Shown one piece after another: positions 15,001 to 28,545 of a stretch of 64,000 nucleotides of DNA. The stretch covers positions 402,566,001 to 402,630,000 of the forward strand of contig OZ024741.1 of NCBI GenBank assembly GCA_964016885.1. The letters are read 5' to 3'. The position numbers were made by a program, and so were the translations under genes. This DNA is from Eledone cirrhosa. Lineage: Eukaryota. The notes beneath the pieces were generated by a model that was not told the DNA's origin, ran no database searches, and worked only from the letters and a program-made list of their open reading frames with translations. How positions within the stretch are numbered: the first letter of the stretch is position 1; the number at the start of each line of letters is the position of its first letter.

Positions 15001-18000
15001 ACCTCCCCCCCTACTTCTGATTACTGAGTTGAAGACAGTGTGTTTAGCTTTTACACCTCCCTCCCTTCTTCTGATTACTGAGTTGAAGTCAGTGTGTTTA
15101 GCTTTTACACCTCCCACCCTTCTTCTGATTACTGAGTTGAAGACAGTGTGTTTAGCTGTTACACCTCCCTCCCTTCTTCTGATTACTGAGTTGAAGACAG
15201 TGTGTTTAGCTTTTACACCTCCCTCCCTTCTTCTGATTGCTGAGTTGAAGACAGTGTGTTTATCTTTTACACCTCCCTCCCTTCTTCTGATTACTGAGTT
15301 GAAAACAGTGTGTTTAGCTTTTACACCTCCCCCCCTTCTTCTGATTACTGAGTTGAAGACAGTGTGTTTAGATTTTTACACCTCCCTCCCTTCTTCTGAT
15401 TACTGAGTTGAAGACAGTGTATTTAGCTTTTACACCTCCCTCCCTCCTTCTGATTACTGAGTTGAAGACAGTGTGTTTAGCTTTTACACCTCCCTCCCTT
15501 CTGATTACTGAGTTGAAGACAGTGTGTTTAGCTTTTACACCTCCCCCCCTTCTTCTGATTACTGAGTTGAAGACAGTGTGTTTAGCTTTTACACCTCCCT
15601 CCCTTCTTCTGATTACTCAGTTGAAGACAGTGTGTTTAGCTTTTACACCTCCCTCCCTTCTTCTGATTACTCAGTTGAAGACAGTGTGTTTAGCTTTTAC
15701 ACCTCCCTCCCTTCTTCTGATTACTCAGTTGAAGACAGTGTGTTTAGCTTTTACACCTCCCTCCCTTTTTCTGATTACTCAGTTGAAGACAGTGTGTTTA
15801 GCTTTTACACCTCCCTCCCTTCTTCTGATTACTCAGTTGAAGACAGTGTGTTTAGCTTTTACACCTCCCTCCCTTCTTCTGATTACTGAGTTGAAGACAG
15901 TGTGTTTAGCTTTTACACCTCCCTCCCTTCTTCTGATTACTGAGTTGAAGACAGTGTGTTTAGCTTTTACACCTCCCTCCCTTCTGATCACTGAGTTGAA
16001 GAGAGTGTGTTTAGCTTTTACACCACCCTCCCTTCTGATTACTGAGTTGAAGACAGTGTGTTTAGCTTTTACACCTCCCTCCCTTCTTCTGATTACTGAG
16101 TTGAAGACAGTGTGTTTAGCTTTTACACCTCCCTCCCTTCTTCTGATTACTGAGTTGAAGACAGTGTGTTTAGCTTTTACACCTCCCTCCCTTCTTCTGA
16201 TTACTGAGTTGAAGACAGTGTGTTTAGCTTTTACACCTCCCTCCCTTCTGATCACTGAGTTGAAGACAGTGTGTTTAGCTTTTACACCTCCCTCCCTTCT
16301 GATTACTGAGTTGAAGACAGTGAGTTTATCTTTTACACCTCCCTCCCATCTTCTGATTACTGAGTTGAAGACAGTGTGTTTAGCTTTTACACCTCCCTCC
16401 CTTCTGATCACTGAGTTGAAGAGAGTGTGTTTAGCTTTTACACCACCCTCCCTTCTGATTACTGAGTTGAAGACAGTGTGTTTAGCTTTTACACCTCCCT
16501 CCCTACTTCTGATTGCTGAGTTGAAGACAGTGTGTTTAGCTTTTACACCTCCCCCCCTTCTTCTGATTACTGAGTTGAAGACAGTGAGTTTAGCTTTTAC
16601 ACCTCCCTCCCTTCTTCTGATTACTGAGTTGAAGACAGTGTGTTCAGCTTTTACACCTCCCTCCCTTCTGATTACTGAGTTGAAGACAGTGTGTTTAGCT
16701 TTTACACCTCCCTCCCTTCTTCTGATTACTGAGTTGAAGACAGTGTGTTTAGCTTTTACAACTCCCGCCCTTCTTCTGATTACTGAGTTGAAGACAGTGT
16801 GTTTAGCTTTTACACCTACCTCCCTTCTTCTGATTACTGAGTTGAAGACAGTGTGTTCAGCTTTTACACCTCCCTTCTGATTACTGAGTTGAAGACAGTG
16901 TGTTTAGCTTTTACACCTCCCTCCCTACTTCTGATTACTGAGTTGAAGACAGTGTGTTTAGCTTTTACACCTCCCTCTCTACTTCTGATTACTGAGTTGA
17001 AGACAGTGTGTTTAGCTTTTACACCTCCCTCCCTTCTTCTGATTACTGAGTTGAAGACAGTGTGTTTAGCTTTTACACCTCCCACCCTACTTCTGATTAC
17101 TGAGTTGAAGACAGTGTGTTTAGCTTTTACACCTCCCTCCCTTCTTCTGATTACTGAGTTGAAGTCAGTGTGTTTAGCTTTTACACCTCCCACCCTTCTT
17201 CTGATTACTGAGTTGAAGACAGTGTGTTTAGCTGTTACACCTCCCTCCCTTCTTCTGATTACTGAGTTGAAGACAGTGTGTTTAGCTTTTACACCTCCCT
17301 CCCTTCTTCTGATTGCTGAGTTGAAGACAGTGTGTTTATCTTTTACACCTCCCTCCCTTCTTCTGATTACTGAGTTGAAAACAGTGTGTTTAGCATTTAC
17401 ACCTCCCTCCCTTCTTCTGATTACTGAGTTGAAGACAGTGTGTTTAGCTTTTACACCTCCCTCCCTTCTTCTGATTACTGCGTTGAAGACAGTGTGTTTA
17501 GTTTTACACCTCCCTCCCTTCTTCTGATTACTGAGTTGAAGACAGTGTGTTTAGCTTTTACACCTCCCTCCCTCCTTCTGATTACTGAGTTGAAGACAGT
17601 GTGTTTAGCTTTTACACCTCCCTCCCTTCTGATTACTGAGTTGAAGACAGTGTGTTTAGCTTTTACACCTCCCTCCCTTCTTCTGATTACTGAGTTGAAG
17701 ACAGTGTGTTTAGCTTTTACACCTCCCTCCCTTCTTCTGATTACTGAGTTGAAGACAGTGTATTTAGCTTTTACACCTCCCTCCCTACTTCTGATTGCTG
17801 AGTTGAAGACAGTGTGTTTAGCTTTTACACCTCCCTCCCTTCTTCTGATTACTGAGTTGAAGACAGTGTGTTTAGCTTTTACACCTCCCTCCCTTCTTCT
17901 GATTACTCAGTTGAAGACAGTGTGTTTAGCTTTTACACCTCCCTCCCTTCTTCTGATTACTCAGTTGAAGACAGTGTGTTTAGCTTTTACACCTCCCTCC

Positions 18001-21000
18001 CTTCTTCTGATTACTCAGTTGAAGACAGTGTGTTTAGCTTTTACACCTCCCTCCCTTTTTCTGATTACTCAGTTGAAGACAGTGTGTTTAGCTTTTACAC
18101 CTCCCTCCCTTCTTCTGATTACTCAGTTGAAGACAGTGTGTTTAGCTTTTACACCTCCCTCCGTTCTTCTGATTACTGAGTTGAAGACAGTGTGTTTAGC
18201 TTTTACACCTCCCTCCCTTCTGATCACTGAGTTGAAGAGAGTGTGTTTAGCTTTTACACCACCCTCCCTTCTGATTACTGAGTTGAAGACAGTGTGTTTA
18301 GCTTTTACACCTCCCTCCCTTCTTCTGATTACTGAGTTGAAGACAGTGTGTTTAGCTTTTACACCTCCCTCCCTTCTTCTGATTACTGAGTTGAAGACAG
18401 TGTGTTTAGCTTTTACACCTCCCTCCCTTCTTCTGATTACTGAGTTGAAGACAGTGTGTTTAGCTTTTACACCTCCCTCCCTTCTGATCACTGAGTTGAA
18501 GACAGTGTGTTTAGCTTTTACACCTCCCTCCCTTCTGATTACTGAGTTGAAGACAGTGAGTTTATCTTTTACACCTCCCTCCCATCTTCTGATTACTGAG
18601 TTGAAGACAGTGTGTTTAGCTTTTACACCTCCCTCCCTTCTTCTGAATACTGAGTTGAAGACTGTGTGTTTAGCTTTTACACCTCCCTCCCTTCTTCTGA
18701 TTACTGAGTTGATGACTGTGTTTAGCTTTTACACCTCCCTCCCTACTTCTAATTACTGAGTTGAAGACAGTGTGTTTAGCTTTTACACCTCCCTCCCTTC
18801 TTCTGATTACTGAGTTGAAGACAGTGTGTTTAGCTTTTACACCTCCCTCCCTTCTTCTGATTACTGAGTTGAAGACAGTGTGTTTAGCTGTTACACCTCC
18901 CTCGCTTCTTCTGATTACTGAGTTGAAGACAGTGTGTTTAGCTTTTACACCTCCCTCCCTTCTTCTGATTACTGAGTTGAAGACAGTGTGTTTAGCTTTT
19001 ACACCTCCCTCCCTTCTTCTGATTACTGAGTTGAAGACAGTGTGTTTAGCTGTTACACCTCCCTCGCTTCTTCTGATTACTGAGTTGAAGACAGTGTGTT
19101 TAGCTTTTACACCTCCCTCCCTTCTTCTGATTACTGAGTTGAAGACAGTGTGTTTAGCTTTTACACCTCCCTCCCTTCTTCTGATTACTGAGTTGAAGAC
19201 AGTGTGTTTAGCTTTTACACCTCCCTCCCTTCTTCTGATTACTCAGTTGAAGACAGTGTGTTTAGCTTTTACACCTCCCTCCCTTCTTCTGATTACTGAG
19301 TTGAAGACAGTGTGTTTAGCTTTTACACCTCCCTCCCTTCTGATCACTGAGTTGAAGACAGTGTGTTTAGCTTTTACACCTCCCTCCCTTCTGATTACTG
19401 AGTTGAAGACAGTGAGTTTATCTTTTACACCTCCCTCCCATCTTCTGATTACTGAGTTGAAGACAGTGTGTTTAGCTTTTACACCTCCCTCCCTTCTGAT
19501 CACTGAGTTGAAGAGAGTGTGTTTAGCTTTTACACCACCCTCCCTTCTGATTACTGAGTTGAAGACAGTGTGTTTAGCTTTTACACCTCCCTCCCTACTT
19601 CTGATTGCTGAGTTGAAGACAGTGTGTTTAGCTTTTACACCTCCCCCCCTTCTTCTGATTACTGAGTTGAAGACAGTGTGTTTAGCTTTTACACCTCCCT
19701 CCCTTCTTCTGATTACTCAGTTGAAGACAGTGTGTTTAGCTTTTACACCTCCCTCCCTTCTTCTGATTACTCAGTTGAAGACAGTGTGTTTAGCTTTTAC
19801 ACCTCCCTCCCTTCTTCTGATTACTCAGTTGAAGACAGTGTGTTTAGCTTTTACACCTCCCTCCCTTTTTCTGATTACTCAGTTGAAGACAGTGTGTTTA
19901 GCTTTTACACCTCCCTCCCTTCTTCTGAATACTGAGTTGAAGACTGTGTGTTTAGCTTTTACACCTCCCTCCCTTCTTCTGATTACTGAGTTGATGACTG
20001 TGTTTAGCTTTTACACCTCCCTCCCTACTTCTAATTACTGAGTTGAAGACAGTTTGTTTAGCTTTTACACCTCCCTCCCTTCTTCTGATTACTGAGTTGA
20101 AGACAGTGTGTTTAGCTTTTACACCTCCCTCCCTTCTTCTGATTACTGAGTTGAAGACAGTGTGTTTAGCTGTTACACCTCCCTCGCTCCTTCTGATTAC
20201 TGAGTTGAAGACAGTGTGTTTAGCTTTTACACCTCCCTCCCTTCTTCTGATTACTGAGTTGAAGACAGTGTGTTTAGCTTTTACAACTCCCGCCCTTCTT
20301 CTGATTACTGAGTTGAAGACAGTGTGTTTAGCTTTTACACCTCCCTCCCTTCTTCTGATTACTGAGTTGAAGACAGTGTGTTTAGCTTTTACACCTCCCT
20401 CCCTTCTTCTGATTACTGAGTTGAAGACAGTGTGTTTAGCTTTTACAACTCCCGCCCTTCTTCTGATTACTGAGTTGAAGACAGTGTGTTTAGCTTTTAC
20501 ACCTCCCTCCCTTCTTCTGATTACTGAGTTGAAGACAGTGTGTTTAGCTTTTACAACTCCCGCCCTACTTCTGATTACTGAGTTGAAGACAGTGTGTTTA
20601 GCTTTTACACCTCCCTCCCTTCTTCTGATTACTGAGTTGAAGACAGTGAGTTTAGCTTTTACACCTCCCTCCCTTCTTCTGATTACTGAGTTGAAGACAG
20701 TGTGTTCAGCTTTTACACCTCCCTTCTTCTGATTACTGAGTTGAAGACAGTGTGTTTAGCTTTTACACCTCCCTCCCTTCTTCTGATTACTGAGTTGAAG
20801 ACAGTGTGTTTAGCTTTTACAACTCCTGCCCTTCTTCTGATTACTGAGTTGAAGACAGTGTGTTTAGCTTTTACACCTCCCTCCCTTCTTCTGATTACTG
20901 AGTTGAAGACAGTGTGTTCAGCTTTTACACCTCCCTTCTGATTACTGAGTTGAAGACAGTGTGTTTAGCTTTTACACCTCCCTCCCTACTTCTGATTACT

Positions 21001-24000
21001 GAGTTGAAGACAGTGTGTTTAGCTTTTGCACCTCCCTCTCTACTTCTGATTACTGAGTTGAAGACAGTGTGTTTAGCTTTTACACCTCCCTCCCTTCTGA
21101 TTACTGAGTTGAAGACAGTGTGTTTAGCTTTTACAACTCCCGCCCTTCTTTTGATTACTGAGTTGAAGACAGTGTGTTTAGCTTTTACACCTCCCTCCCT
21201 TCTTCTGATTACTGAGTTGAAGACAGTGTGTTTAGCTGTTACACCTCCCTCGCTTCTTCTGATTACTGAGTTGAAGACAGTGTGTTTAGCTTTTACACCT
21301 CCCTCCCTTCTTCTGATTACTGAGTTGAAGACAGTGTGTTTAGCTTTTACACCTCCCTCCCTTCTTCTGATTACTGAGTTGAAGACAGTGTGTTTAGCTT
21401 TTACAACTCCCGCCCTTCTTCTGATTACTGAGTTGAAGACAGTGTGTTTAGCTTTTACACCTCCCTCCCTTCTTCTGATTACTGAGTTGAAGACAGTGTG
21501 TTTAGCTTTTACACCTCCCTCCCTTCTTCTGATTACTGAGTTGAAGACAGTGTGTTTAGCTTTTACAACTCCCGCCCTTCTTCTGATTACTGAGTTGAAG
21601 ACAGTGTGTTTAGCTTTTACACCTCCCTCCCTTCTTCTGATTACTGAGTTGAAGACAGTGTGTTCAGCTTTTACACCTCCCTTCTGATTACTGAGTTGAA
21701 GACAGTGTGTTTAGCTTTTACACCTCCCTCCCAACTTCTGATTACTGAGTTGAAGACAGTGTGTTCAGCTTTTACACCTCCCTCTCTACTTCTGATTACT
21801 GAGTTGAAGACAGTGTGTTTAGCTTTTACAACTCCCTCCCTTCTTCTGATTACTGAGTTGAAGACAGTGTGTTTAGCTTTTACAACTCCCGCCCTTCTTC
21901 TGATTACTGAGTTGAAGACAGTGTGTTTAGCTTTTACACCTCCCTCCCTTCTTCTGATTACTGAGTTGAAGTCAGTGTGTTTAGCTTTTACACCTCCCAC
22001 CCTTCTTCTGATTACTGAGTTGAAGACAGTGTGTTTAGCTGTTACACCTCCCTCCCTTCTTCTGATTACTGAGTTGAAGACAGTGTGTTTAGCTTTTACA
22101 CCTCCCTCCCTTCTTCTGATTGCTGAGTTGAAGACAGTGTGTTTATCTTTTACACCTCCCTCCCTTCTTCTGATTACTGAGTTGAAAACAGTGTGTTTAG
22201 CATTTACACCTCCCTCCCTTCTTCTGATTACTGAGTTGAAGACAGTGTGTTTAGCTTTTACACCTCCCTCCCTTCTTCTGATTACTGCGTTGAAGACAGT
22301 GTGTTTAGCTTTTACACCTCCCTCCCTCCTTCTGATTACTGAGTTGAAGACAGTGTGTTTAGCTTTTACACCTCCCTCCCTTCTGATTACTGAGTTGAAG
22401 ACAGTGTGTTTAGCTTTTAAACCTCCCTCCCTTCTTCTGATTACTGAGTTGAAGACAGTGTGTTTAGCTTTTACACCTCCCTCCCTTCTTCTGATTACTG
22501 AGTTGAAGACAGTGTATTTAGCTTTTACACCTCCCTCCCTACTTCTGATTGGTGAGTTGAAGACAGTGTGTTTAGCTTTTACACCTCCCTCCCTTCTTCT
22601 GATTACTGAGTTGAAGACAGTGTGTTTAGCTTTTACACCTCCCTCCCTTCTTCTGATTACTCAGTTGAAGACAGTGTGTTTAGCTTTTACACCTCCCTCC
22701 CTTCTTCTGATTACTCAGTTGAAGACAGTGTGTTTAGCTTTTACACCTCCCTCCCTTCTTCTGATTACTCAGTTGAAGACAGTGTGTTTAGCTTTTACAC
22801 CTCCCTCCCTTTTTCTGATTACTCAGTTGAAGACAGTGTGTTTAGCTTTTACACCTCCCTCCCTTCTTCTGATTACTCAGTTGAAGACAGTGTGTTTAGC
22901 TTTTACACCTCCCTCCCTTCTGATTACTGAGTTGAAGACAGTGTGTTTAGCTTTTAAACCTCCCTCCCTTCTTCTGATTACTGAGTTGAAGACAGTGTGT
23001 TTAGCTTTTACACCTCCCTCCCTTCTTCTGATTACTGAGTTGAAGACAGTGTGTTTAGCTTTTACAACTCCCGCCCTTCTTCTGATTACTGAGTTGAAGA
23101 CAGTGTGTTTAGCTTTTACACCTCCCTCCCTTCTTCTGATTACTGAGTTGAAGACAGTGTGTTTAGCTTTTACACCTCCCTCCCTTCTTCTGATTACTGA
23201 GTTGAAGACAGTGAGTTTAGCTTTTACACCTCCCTCCCTTCTTCTGATTACTGAGTTGAAGACAGTGTGTTCAGCTTTTACACCTCCCTCCCTTCTGATT
23301 ACTGAGTTGAAGACAGTGTGTTTAGCTTTTACACCTCCCTCCCTTCTTCTGATTACTGAGTTGAAGACAGTGTGTTTAGCTTTTACAACTCCCGCCCTTC
23401 TTCTGATTACTGAGTTGAAGACAGTGTGTTTAGCTTTTACACCTCCCTCCCTTCTTCTGATTACTGAGTTGAAGACAGTGTGTTCAGCTTTTACACCTCC
23501 CTTCTGATTACTGAGTTGAAGACAGTGTGTTTAGCTTTTACACCTCCCTCCCTACTTCTGATTACTGAGTTGAAGACAGTGTGTTTAGCTTTTACACCTC
23601 CCTCTCTACTTCTGATTACTGAGTTGAAGACAGTGTGTTTAGCTTTTACACCTCCCTCCCTTCTTCTGATTACTGAGTTGAAGACAGTGTGTTTAGCTTT
23701 TACACCTCCCACCCTACTTCTGATTACTGAGTTGAAGACAGTGTGTTTAGCTTTTACACCTCCCTCCCTTCTTCTGATTACTGAGTTGAAGTCAGTGTGT
23801 TTAGCTTTTACACCTCCCACCCTTCTTCTGATTACTGAGTTGAAGACAGTGTGTTTAGCTGTTACACCTCCCTCCCTTCTTCTGATTACTGAGTTGAAGA
23901 CAGTGTGTTTAGCTTTTACACCTCCCTCCCTTCTTCTGATTGCTGAGTTGAAGACAGTGTGTTTATCTTTTACACCTCCCTCCCTTCTTCTGATTACTGA

Positions 24001-26690
24001 GTTGAAAACAGTGTGTTTAGCATTTACACCTCCCTCCCTTCTTCTGATTACTGAGTTGAAGACAGTGTGTTTAGCTTTTACACCTCCCTCCCTTCTTCTG
24101 ATTACTCAGTTGAAGACAGTGTGTTTAGCTTTTACACCTCCCTCCCTTCTTCTGATTACTGCGTTGAAGTCAGTGTGTTTAGCTTTTACACCTCCCACCC
24201 TTCTTCTGATTACTGAGTTGAAGACAGTGTGTTTAGCTGTTACACCTCCCTCCCTTCTTCTGATTACTGAGTTGAAGACAGTGTGTTTAGCTTTTACACC
24301 TCCCACCCTTCTTCTGATTACTGAGTTGAAGACAGTGTGTTTAGCTGTTACACCTCCCTCCCTTCTTCTGATTACTGAGTTGAAGACAGTGTGTTTAGCT
24401 TTTACACCTCCCACCCTACTTCTGATTACTGAGTTGAAGACAGTGTGTTTAGCTTTTACACCTCCCTCCCTTCTTCTGATTACTGAGTTGAAGACAGTGT
24501 GTTTAGCTTTTACACCTCCCACCCTTCTTCTGATTACTGAGTTGAAGACAGTGTGTTTAGCTTTTACACCTCCCACCCTTCTTCTGATTACTGAGTTGAA
24601 GACAGTGTGTTTAGCTGTTACACCTCCCTCCCTTCTTCTGATTACTGAGTTGAAGACAGTGTGTTTAGCTTTTACACCTCCCACCCTTCTTCTGATTACT
24701 GAGTTGAAGACAGTGTGTTTAGCTTTTACACCTCCCACCCTTCTTCTGATTACTGAGTTGAAGACAGTGTGTTTAGCTGTTACACCTCCCTCCCTTCTTC
24801 TGATTACTGAGTTGAAGACAGTGTGTTTAGCTTTTACACCTCCCACCCTTCTTCTGATTACTGAGTTGAAGACAGTGTGTTTAGCTGTTACACCTCCCTC
24901 CCTTCTTCTGATTACTGAGTTGAAGACAGTGTGTTTAGCTTTTACACCTCCCTCCCTTCTTCTGATTACTGAGTTGAAGACAGTGTGTTTAGCTTTTACA
25001 CCTCCCACCCTACTTCTGATTACTGAGTTGAAGACAGTGTGTTTAGCTTTTACACCTCCCTCCCTTCTTCTGATTACTGAGTTGAAGTCAGTGTGTTTAG
25101 CTTTTACACCTCCCACCCTTCTTCTGATTACTGAGTTGAAGACAGTGTGTTTAGCTGTTACACCTCCCTCCCTTCTTCTGATTACTGAGTTGAAGACAGT
25201 GTGTTTATCTTTTACACCTCCCTCCCTTCTTCTGATTACTGAGTTGAAAACAGTGTGTTTAGCATTTACACCTCCCTCCCTTCTTCTGATTACTGAGTTG
25301 AAGACAGTGTGTTTAGCTTTTACACCTCCCTCCCTTCTTCTGATTACTCAGTTGAAGACAGTGTGTTTAGCTTTTACACCTCCCTCCCTTCTTCTGATTA
25401 CTCAGTTGAAGACAGTGTGTTTAGCTTTTACACCTCCCTCCCTTCTTCTGATTACTGAGTTGAAGACAGTGTGTTTAGCTTTTACACCTCCCTCCCTTCT
25501 TCTGATTACTGAGTTGAAGACAGTGTTTTTAGCTTTTACACCTCCCTCCCTTCTTCTGATTACTGAGTTGAAGACAGTGTGTTTAGCTTTTACACCTCCC
25601 TCCCTTCTTCTGATTACTGAGTTGAAGACAGTGTGTTCAGCTTTTACACCTCCCTTCTGATTACTGAGTTGAAGACAGTGTGTTTAGCTTTTACACCTCC
25701 CTCCCTTCTTCTGATTACTGAGTTGAAGACAGTGTGTTTAGCTGTTACACCTCCCTCGCTTCTTCTGATTACTGAGTTGAAGACAGTGTGTTTAGCTTTT
25801 ACACCTCCCTCCCTTCTTCTGATTACTGAGTTGAAGACAGTGTGTTTAGCTTTTACACCTCCCTCCCTTCTTCTGATTACTGAGTTGAAGACAGTGTATT
25901 TAGCTTTTACACCTCCCTCCCTACTTCTGATTGCTGAGTTGAAGACAGTGTGTTTAGCTTTTACACCTCCCTCCCTTCTTCTGATTACTGAGTTGAAGAC
26001 AGTGTGTTTAGCTTTTACACCTCCCTCCCTACTTCTGATTGCTGAGTTGAAGACAGTGTGTTTAGCTTTTACACCTCCCTCCCTACTTCTGATGACTGAG
26101 TTGAAGACAGTGTGTTTAGCTTTTACACCTCCCTCCCTTCTTCTGATTACTGAGTTGAAGACAGTGTGTTTAGCTTTTACACCTCCCTCCCTTCTTCTGA
26201 TTACTGAGTTGAAGACAGTGTGTTTAGCTTTTACACCTCCCTCCCTTCTTCTGATTACTGAGTTGAAGACAGTGTGTTTAGCTTTTACACCTCCCTCCCT
26301 TCTTCTGATTACTGAGTTGAAGACAGTGTGTTTAGCTTTTACACCGCCCTCCCTTCTTCTGATTACTGAGTTGAAGACAGTGTGTTTAGCTTTTACACCT
26401 CCCTCCCTTCTTCTGATTACTCAGTTGAAGACAGTGTGTTTTGCTTTTACACCTCCCTCCCTTCTTCTGATTACTGAGTTGAAGACAGTGTGTTTAGCTT
26501 TTACACCTCCCTCCCTTCTTCTGATTACTGAGTTGAAGACAGTGTGTTTAGCTTTTACACCTCCCTCCCTTCTTCTGATTACTGAGTTGAAGAGAGTGTG
26601 TTTAGCTTTTACACCTCCCTCCCTTCTTCTGATTACTGAGTTGAAGACAGTGTGTTTAGCTTTTACACCGCCCACCCTTCTTCTGATTAC
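1..26690. repeat. 54-bp tandem satellite (consensus AGTTGAAGACAGTGTGTTTAGCTTTTACACCTCCCTCCCTTCTTCTGATTACTG), about 500 monomers, truncated by the left window edge
   Basis: Head-to-tail monomers read directly, with point variants and shorter deletion monomers. Ends at ...CTGATTAC|CAGATGCTGG at 26690. Confidence 0.98.
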
Positions 26691-26752
26691 CAGATGCTGG
26701 TGCACTTCTTGCCCTTAATTGAGCCTCCTGCTTTCCATCACTTGTGAACACG
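26691..26752 (-). mobile_element. RTE-clade LINE RT remnant contiguous with the satellite
   Basis: Minus strand reads VFTSDGKQEAQL, then after a frameshift HQHLVIRRR.GGVKAK. This matches the RTE/Rex3-type motif LFTSEG...A.AVM..L.RSVV.KRELS.KAKL. Confidence 0.75.
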
Positions 26753-27508
26753 GCCTCAGCTTTATAAAGTAGTTCAATTAACATGAAACATTGTGAGATA
26801 TGTAATAAATGACTGATAGATATTTCAGAAAGTCAGTCCAATGTGGTAGAAATATATAAAGGGTATAGGATGACAAATATAATAAAACAAAGTCATCTTT
26901 TTACTCAGAATATTTCAACATGATATTTCAGAGCGTTAGGAGTACACTATCTGTTTAGTTGCTGACCATGAAGTAGGTTGTGTTGGGTTACATGGATCCA
27001 GTTTCCAGCAGAGCTCTGACCTGCCCACACTAGGGTCTAGTGGGGGAACTGGTTTTGTGGTTTAGATTTCCATACCTTATCTAGTGAGTTGACAACTGAC
27101 CAGGGTTATGACTACATTATCCAATATATTCCCTTTGTAGTATGTAATCTGACATGACTGATATTTGTGGTAAAGTTGGGCAACAATGTAGGGGCCCCTT
27201 CACTAGCTTGTGTTATCAGATCTTTATCTAGGGTTGTGAAATAACAAAAATTAGGGAGTATGAGACGAAATATCTTGCAGTATTTAAACTTTATATTAAC
27301 ATATTTCTAATGAAATCAGGTGATGTATATTTAGAGAGTACTATATATTCTCTAGAGTTCTAGTGAGTGACAGGAGAGAGATACACAATCTTGACAAAGG
27401 GCAATAACTCAGAAACAATACTGTTGGTTGTTCATCTAAAATACAGCGTAATGAGGCTGTTTGCTTGCAAACGAATCAAATATTATCATTATTATTTGAT
27501 ATAAAACT

Positions 27509-27728
27509 TAGGGCGGTGGATTGGCAGTATTGGTAGAGATTCGGACACCATGCTTTATAGCATAGAGTTATGGCCCTTTATGATCTGAGTTCAAATCCCG
27601 CCGAGGTTAACTTTACCTTTCATCCTTACGGGGTCGATAAAATAAAGTACCAGTAATGCACTGGGGTCGATTTAATCGACTTTCCCTTCCCAAAAATTGC
27701 TTTCCTTGTGCCTATATAAAAAACCATC
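27509..27728 (+). mobile_element. tRNA-derived SINE (family A, full length) with 15-bp TSD
   Basis: A box TGGCAGTATTGG, B box GAGTTCAAATCC, core CCTTTCATCCTTACGGGGTCGATAAAATAAAGTACCAG. TSD ATTTGATATAAAACT at 27494-27508 and 27729-27743. Confidence 0.9.
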
Positions 27729-28330
27729 ATTTGATATAAAACTCAAGAAAGACACTGTATTTGGATCAATTAATAAAAAGTTTGGAGGGATTTACTAAAA
27801 TTATCAATTATTTCCTTATTAAGAATAATTTCTGAAATGATACTTTATATTTAATTATGTTAAAAGAATTGAATTCAGATAGAAACCCCTTAAAGAGTGT
27901 GGTTTTGCTTCAGAGAACTGGAGATAGTTAGGGGCAAGTTGCTATCAAAGGGGTCAAATAAAGATTAATTTTCTCTTTCTTCTATTTTTTTATAGTTTCA
28001 ATAAAATAATACCTGACCATATATTGGGACTGATTAAATAAAATATGACATCTTTCAAATTTTTGCTTCTGAGCCAATGAAAGAAATTAGAATTAAATTG
28101 TATTAAATTTTGCCAATTCTGTGTTCTATTCCCGATCATAAATATGTCTGATAAAGAATAAGATTATTGCTATGTTTTCAACATGTTCAATGTAAAGTTG
28201 AACATATACAAAGATGTACATTGATTCCAGTGGGTTACTTGCCAAATCTAAATTTATATTGTAGCTATTTACAGGAGAATGAGAGGGAGATAGATAGATA
28301 GATAAAGATAGTGAGAGATAGTTAGATAAT

Positions 28331-28518
28331 TGTTTCTACTTTTGGCACAAGGCCAGCAATTATCCCAGTGCATTACTGGTACTTTATTTTATCAACCCCG
28401 TAAGGATGAAAGGCAAAGTTAACCTCGGCGGGATTTGAACTCAGAATAGCAAGGGCCGTAACTCTATGCGTCAAAGCATGGCGTCCGACCCTCTACCGAT
28501 ACTGCCAATCCACCACCA
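28331..28518 (-). mobile_element. SINE family A (internally deleted subtype) in a (GATA)n tract
   Basis: Reverse complement of the family A core and A/B boxes, flanked on both sides by GAGATAGTTAGATAAT. Confidence 0.9.
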
Positions 28519-28545
28519 GAGATAGTTAGATAATGATAGATAGAT

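Noticed and set aside
1-26690. CRISPR array
   Set aside because: Monomers are contiguous with no unique spacers, there are no cas genes, and the context is eukaryotic.
43-26718. Long ORFs with ELKTVCLAFTPPSLLLIT repeats (up to 1249 aa) as proteins
   Set aside because: A by-product of a stop-free 54-bp (3n) monomer. Starts are TTG/GTG, frames break at 1-7-bp indels, and the ancestral coding frame is on the opposite strand.
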